64,000 bases of DNA from positions 2 through 64,001 of the forward strand of contig PEAK01000012.1 of the NCBI GenBank assembly GCA_002753515.1, written 5' to 3'. Made by a program: the position numbers and the translations under genes. The notes below the pieces were generated by a model that worked only from the letters and a program-made list of their open reading frames with translations, was not told the DNA's origin and did no database searches. Position 1 is the first letter of the stretch. The number at the start of each line of letters is the position of its first letter. This stretch comes from Magnetococcales bacterium (GTDB lineage: Bacteria > Pseudomonadota > Magnetococcia > Magnetococcales > UBA8363). Positions 61,941-64,000 of the stretch are shown in pieces.

Positions 61941-62104
61941 AATTCCAGAATAATTGAATTATGCATCATTATCAAGCCCAATCGTCGACCGCCTATCAAA
62001 TTATTGCATTATGACGATTGACTACCGCTGCCATATTATGGTGTTAATATAATTGGACAGACTACGATAAGTTATATATTATTCTATTGATTGTCTGTAT
62101 TAAA

Positions 62105-62407
62105 TTATATATCGATTATCTTCGTCTGAGAATTCGTTAGCTGCGAAATGCGCGGAACAGGTAGTGGATCCTCGGAACCCAGACAACCCACCCATGCCTG
62201 AACATCCCTGTGGTCGATAACGTGCCCGGTATCTACATCCACCAACGCATCTCGGGTCAATCGATCCCGTTCCTCTTCCTGGTCAATCCAAGCGGTCAAC
62301 GCCTGCTTGATAATCCACCCTTGTGAACGTTCCATGTGTGCTGCCAACTGGTCAATCTTCTCAGCCAACTGAAACGGTACATGCGCAGTCAGTACTCTTG
62401 TTGTCAA
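62105..62407 (-). CDS. CopG/RHH-family antitoxin-like regulator (orphan, possibly degenerate)
   Basis: VLTAHVP..LAEKIDQLA...ERS.GWIIKQAL..W and DVD.G.VIDH..V.AW pattern of ParD-like RHH antitoxins; TTG start. Confidence 0.7.
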   Translation of the reverse strand: MTTRVLTAHVPFQLAEKIDQLAAHMERSQGWIIKQALTAWIDQEEERDRLTRDALVDVDTGHVIDHRDVQAWVGCLGSEDPLPVPRISQLTNSQTKIIDI

Positions 62408-62437
62408 TGGTGTGTCATTTTCGTACCTCTCACACTT

Positions 62438-63817
62438 TTATTCTGACAGATAGTGTAACAAGCGTACCAAACCTTCCGTTCCGGTGAAGAAGGTCGGTAA
62501 ATGCTGGTTTTCGTTGGGTGAATGGGGTCGTGAATCAGCCAAACCAAAACCCAGCAGCAGGGTATCGATACCGAACAATTCTTTCATCTTGGCTACAATA
62601 GGGATTGTCCCCCCTTCACCAACCAGATAGGTTGGGTGTTGAAAGCTTTCGCTGAGCGCCCGCTTGGCCGCCTGGAATGAGGGCAGGTTATCCGCAAAGC
62701 GAATGCCGGGACTGCCGCCTTTGGGACGATGTATTTCCAACTGTACCGTCGGTGGTGCCAAGGAACGCAAAAATGCCATGGTCTTTTCGACAATATCGTC
62801 GGGCGATTGCTCGGGAACCAGGCGCATGGAAACCTTGGCATGGGCTTTTGACGGCAGTACGGTTTTGGATCCCGGCCCGATAAAACCGCCCCACATGCCG
62901 TTTATCTCAAAGGTGGGGCGATGCCAGATCGATTCTAAGATGGAATACCCCGTTTCGCACCAGGATTCCGTAACGCCAACACCGGACAAAAAGGATTCGG
63001 GAGCAAACGGTAACGCCAGCAGCTCGGCTCGCATGGCATCCGGGCACTCCTGGACGCCATCATAAAACCCGGGAATTTGGATGCGCCCCTCTGGACTTTT
63101 GACCGCAGCCAGCAGGCGCGCCAGGATTTCCAGGGGATTGGCAATGGCACCACCAAAGCTGCCCGAATGCAAGTCGCATTGCGGGCCGGTCAAGGTCATT
63201 TCCAGACGGACCAATCCCCTGAGGGAAGTGGTAATCGCCGGCATTCCCTCGCCCCACATGGAAGAGTCGGAAATAATCGCCAGGTCGGCACGCAACAGTT
63301 CCTGATTGGCCTGGAGAAACGCATCCAGGTGGGGACTGCCGATCTCTTCCTCCCCTTCAATCAAAAAAATGACATTGACGGGCAAGGTCCCATTTGTCTT
63401 CAGGATCGCCTCCGCGGCGTGGATGTGCATCAGGATCTGCCCCTTGTCATCGGTGGCACCGCGGGCATAGACGCGATCATTGGCCACATGCGGTTCAAAC
63501 GGGGGGTGGTGCCAAAGTTCCAGGGGATCAACCGGTTGTACATCGTAATGGCCGTAGATCAATACGGTAGGCTTGTCAACTCCCGCTTGGCGCCAGGAGG
63601 CCGTTACAATGGGTGGTCCGGCGTGCCGATGGATGATGACATCGTCAAGGGATGCATCCCGGAGCAGATCCGCCGTGTGTTGGGCGCAGGCTTCCAGGTC
63701 GGAAGCGTGTACCGCCAAACTGGAAACAGAAGGAAACTCCAGATAACGGCATAAATTGGCCAAATGGCGTTGCCGAGCTTGCTGTAGATACTGCACACAG
63801 GGATCGAATTCCATCAT
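62438..63817 (-). CDS. M20/M25/M40 family dipeptidase
   Basis: YGHYDVQP, RGATDDKG, EGEEEIGS, DLHSG and HSPNE motifs. Confidence 0.92.
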   Translation of the reverse strand: MMEFDPCVQYLQQARQRHLANLCRYLEFPSVSSLAVHASDLEACAQHTADLLRDASLDDVIIHRHAGPPIVTASWRQAGVDKPTVLIYGHYDVQPVDPLELWHHPPFEPHVANDRVYARGATDDKGQILMHIHAAEAILKTNGTLPVNVIFLIEGEEEIGSPHLDAFLQANQELLRADLAIISDSSMWGEGMPAITTSLRGLVRLEMTLTGPQCDLHSGSFGGAIANPLEILARLLAAVKSPEGRIQIPGFYDGVQECPDAMRAELLALPFAPESFLSGVGVTESWCETGYSILESIWHRPTFEINGMWGGFIGPGSKTVLPSKAHAKVSMRLVPEQSPDDIVEKTMAFLRSLAPPTVQLEIHRPKGGSPGIRFADNLPSFQAAKRALSESFQHPTYLVGEGGTIPIVAKMKELFGIDTLLLGFGLADSRPHSPNENQHLPTFFTGTEGLVRLLHYLSE

Positions 63818-63877
63818 GGATGTGATCACCTCAACAGGAAGTACCAAGGGAACAAAAGGAAACGATAGGGATGAAGT

Positions 63878-64000
63878 TCAATCCTGAGCGGCGGCAGCCA
63901 GCTCTTTGGGATGTTTAATCCACATCACGGCACCACAACCGGGGGTCAGCCGGGACCAATCGTTGGGTAGCGTGATCAGGGTCAGGGTGGCCGTCTTGAT
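63878..64000 (-). CDS. Partial gene (3' end), probably SixA-like histidine phosphatase
   Basis: Manual translation IKTATLTLITLPNDWSRLTPGCGAVMWIKHPKELAAAAQD* resembles SixA-family C-termini; truncated by the window edge. Confidence 0.5.
   Translation of the reverse strand: MKTATLTLITLPNDWSRLTPGCGAVMWIKHPKELAAAAQD

Noticed and set aside
1-64000. rRNA, tRNA, transposase, integrase or magnetosome (mam/mms) genes
   Set aside because: None recognised by eye; a tRNAscan/Infernal/HMM run would be needed to exclude them formally.

Overview
A 64-kb chromosomal window from a moderately GC-rich proteobacterium. The gene mix (HDOD, hybrid kinases, EpmA/EpmB, DUF3683 oxidoreductase) gives a Magnetococcia-like impression, which is a low-confidence inference. 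Most of the window is housekeeping or metabolic: a legionaminic-acid-type neuA/epimerase/neuC/neuB block, pepN, epmA-efp-epmB, hemE, yajC-secD-secF, xseA, hemB, tusA, and arsRC-acr3. Several signalling genes and a lipid-linked-sugar (GT2/MTase/B12-radical SAM/DprE1-DprE2-like/GT-C) cluster are also present. The standout is an accessory cassette at about 41.9-45.4 kb, bracketed by two copies of a ~200-bp TA-flanked palindromic MITE-like element. It encodes a 120-aa Bell-like helical protein and a STAND/NLR-like NTPase with six near-identical 44-aa repeats. The C-terminus of the small protein and the N-terminus of the NTPase share a motif, I-x-V-N-x-A-x-x-S-T-[IV]-I-G-[ST]-Q-x-N. This is the hallmark architecture of NLR amyloid (prion-like) signalling and suggests an immune/cell-death system. 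A HEPN-MNT locus also appears to have swapped toxins: an unannotated in-frame HEPN C-terminal remnant sits between the intact HEPN and the MNT gene. No rRNA, tRNA or CRISPR array was seen.
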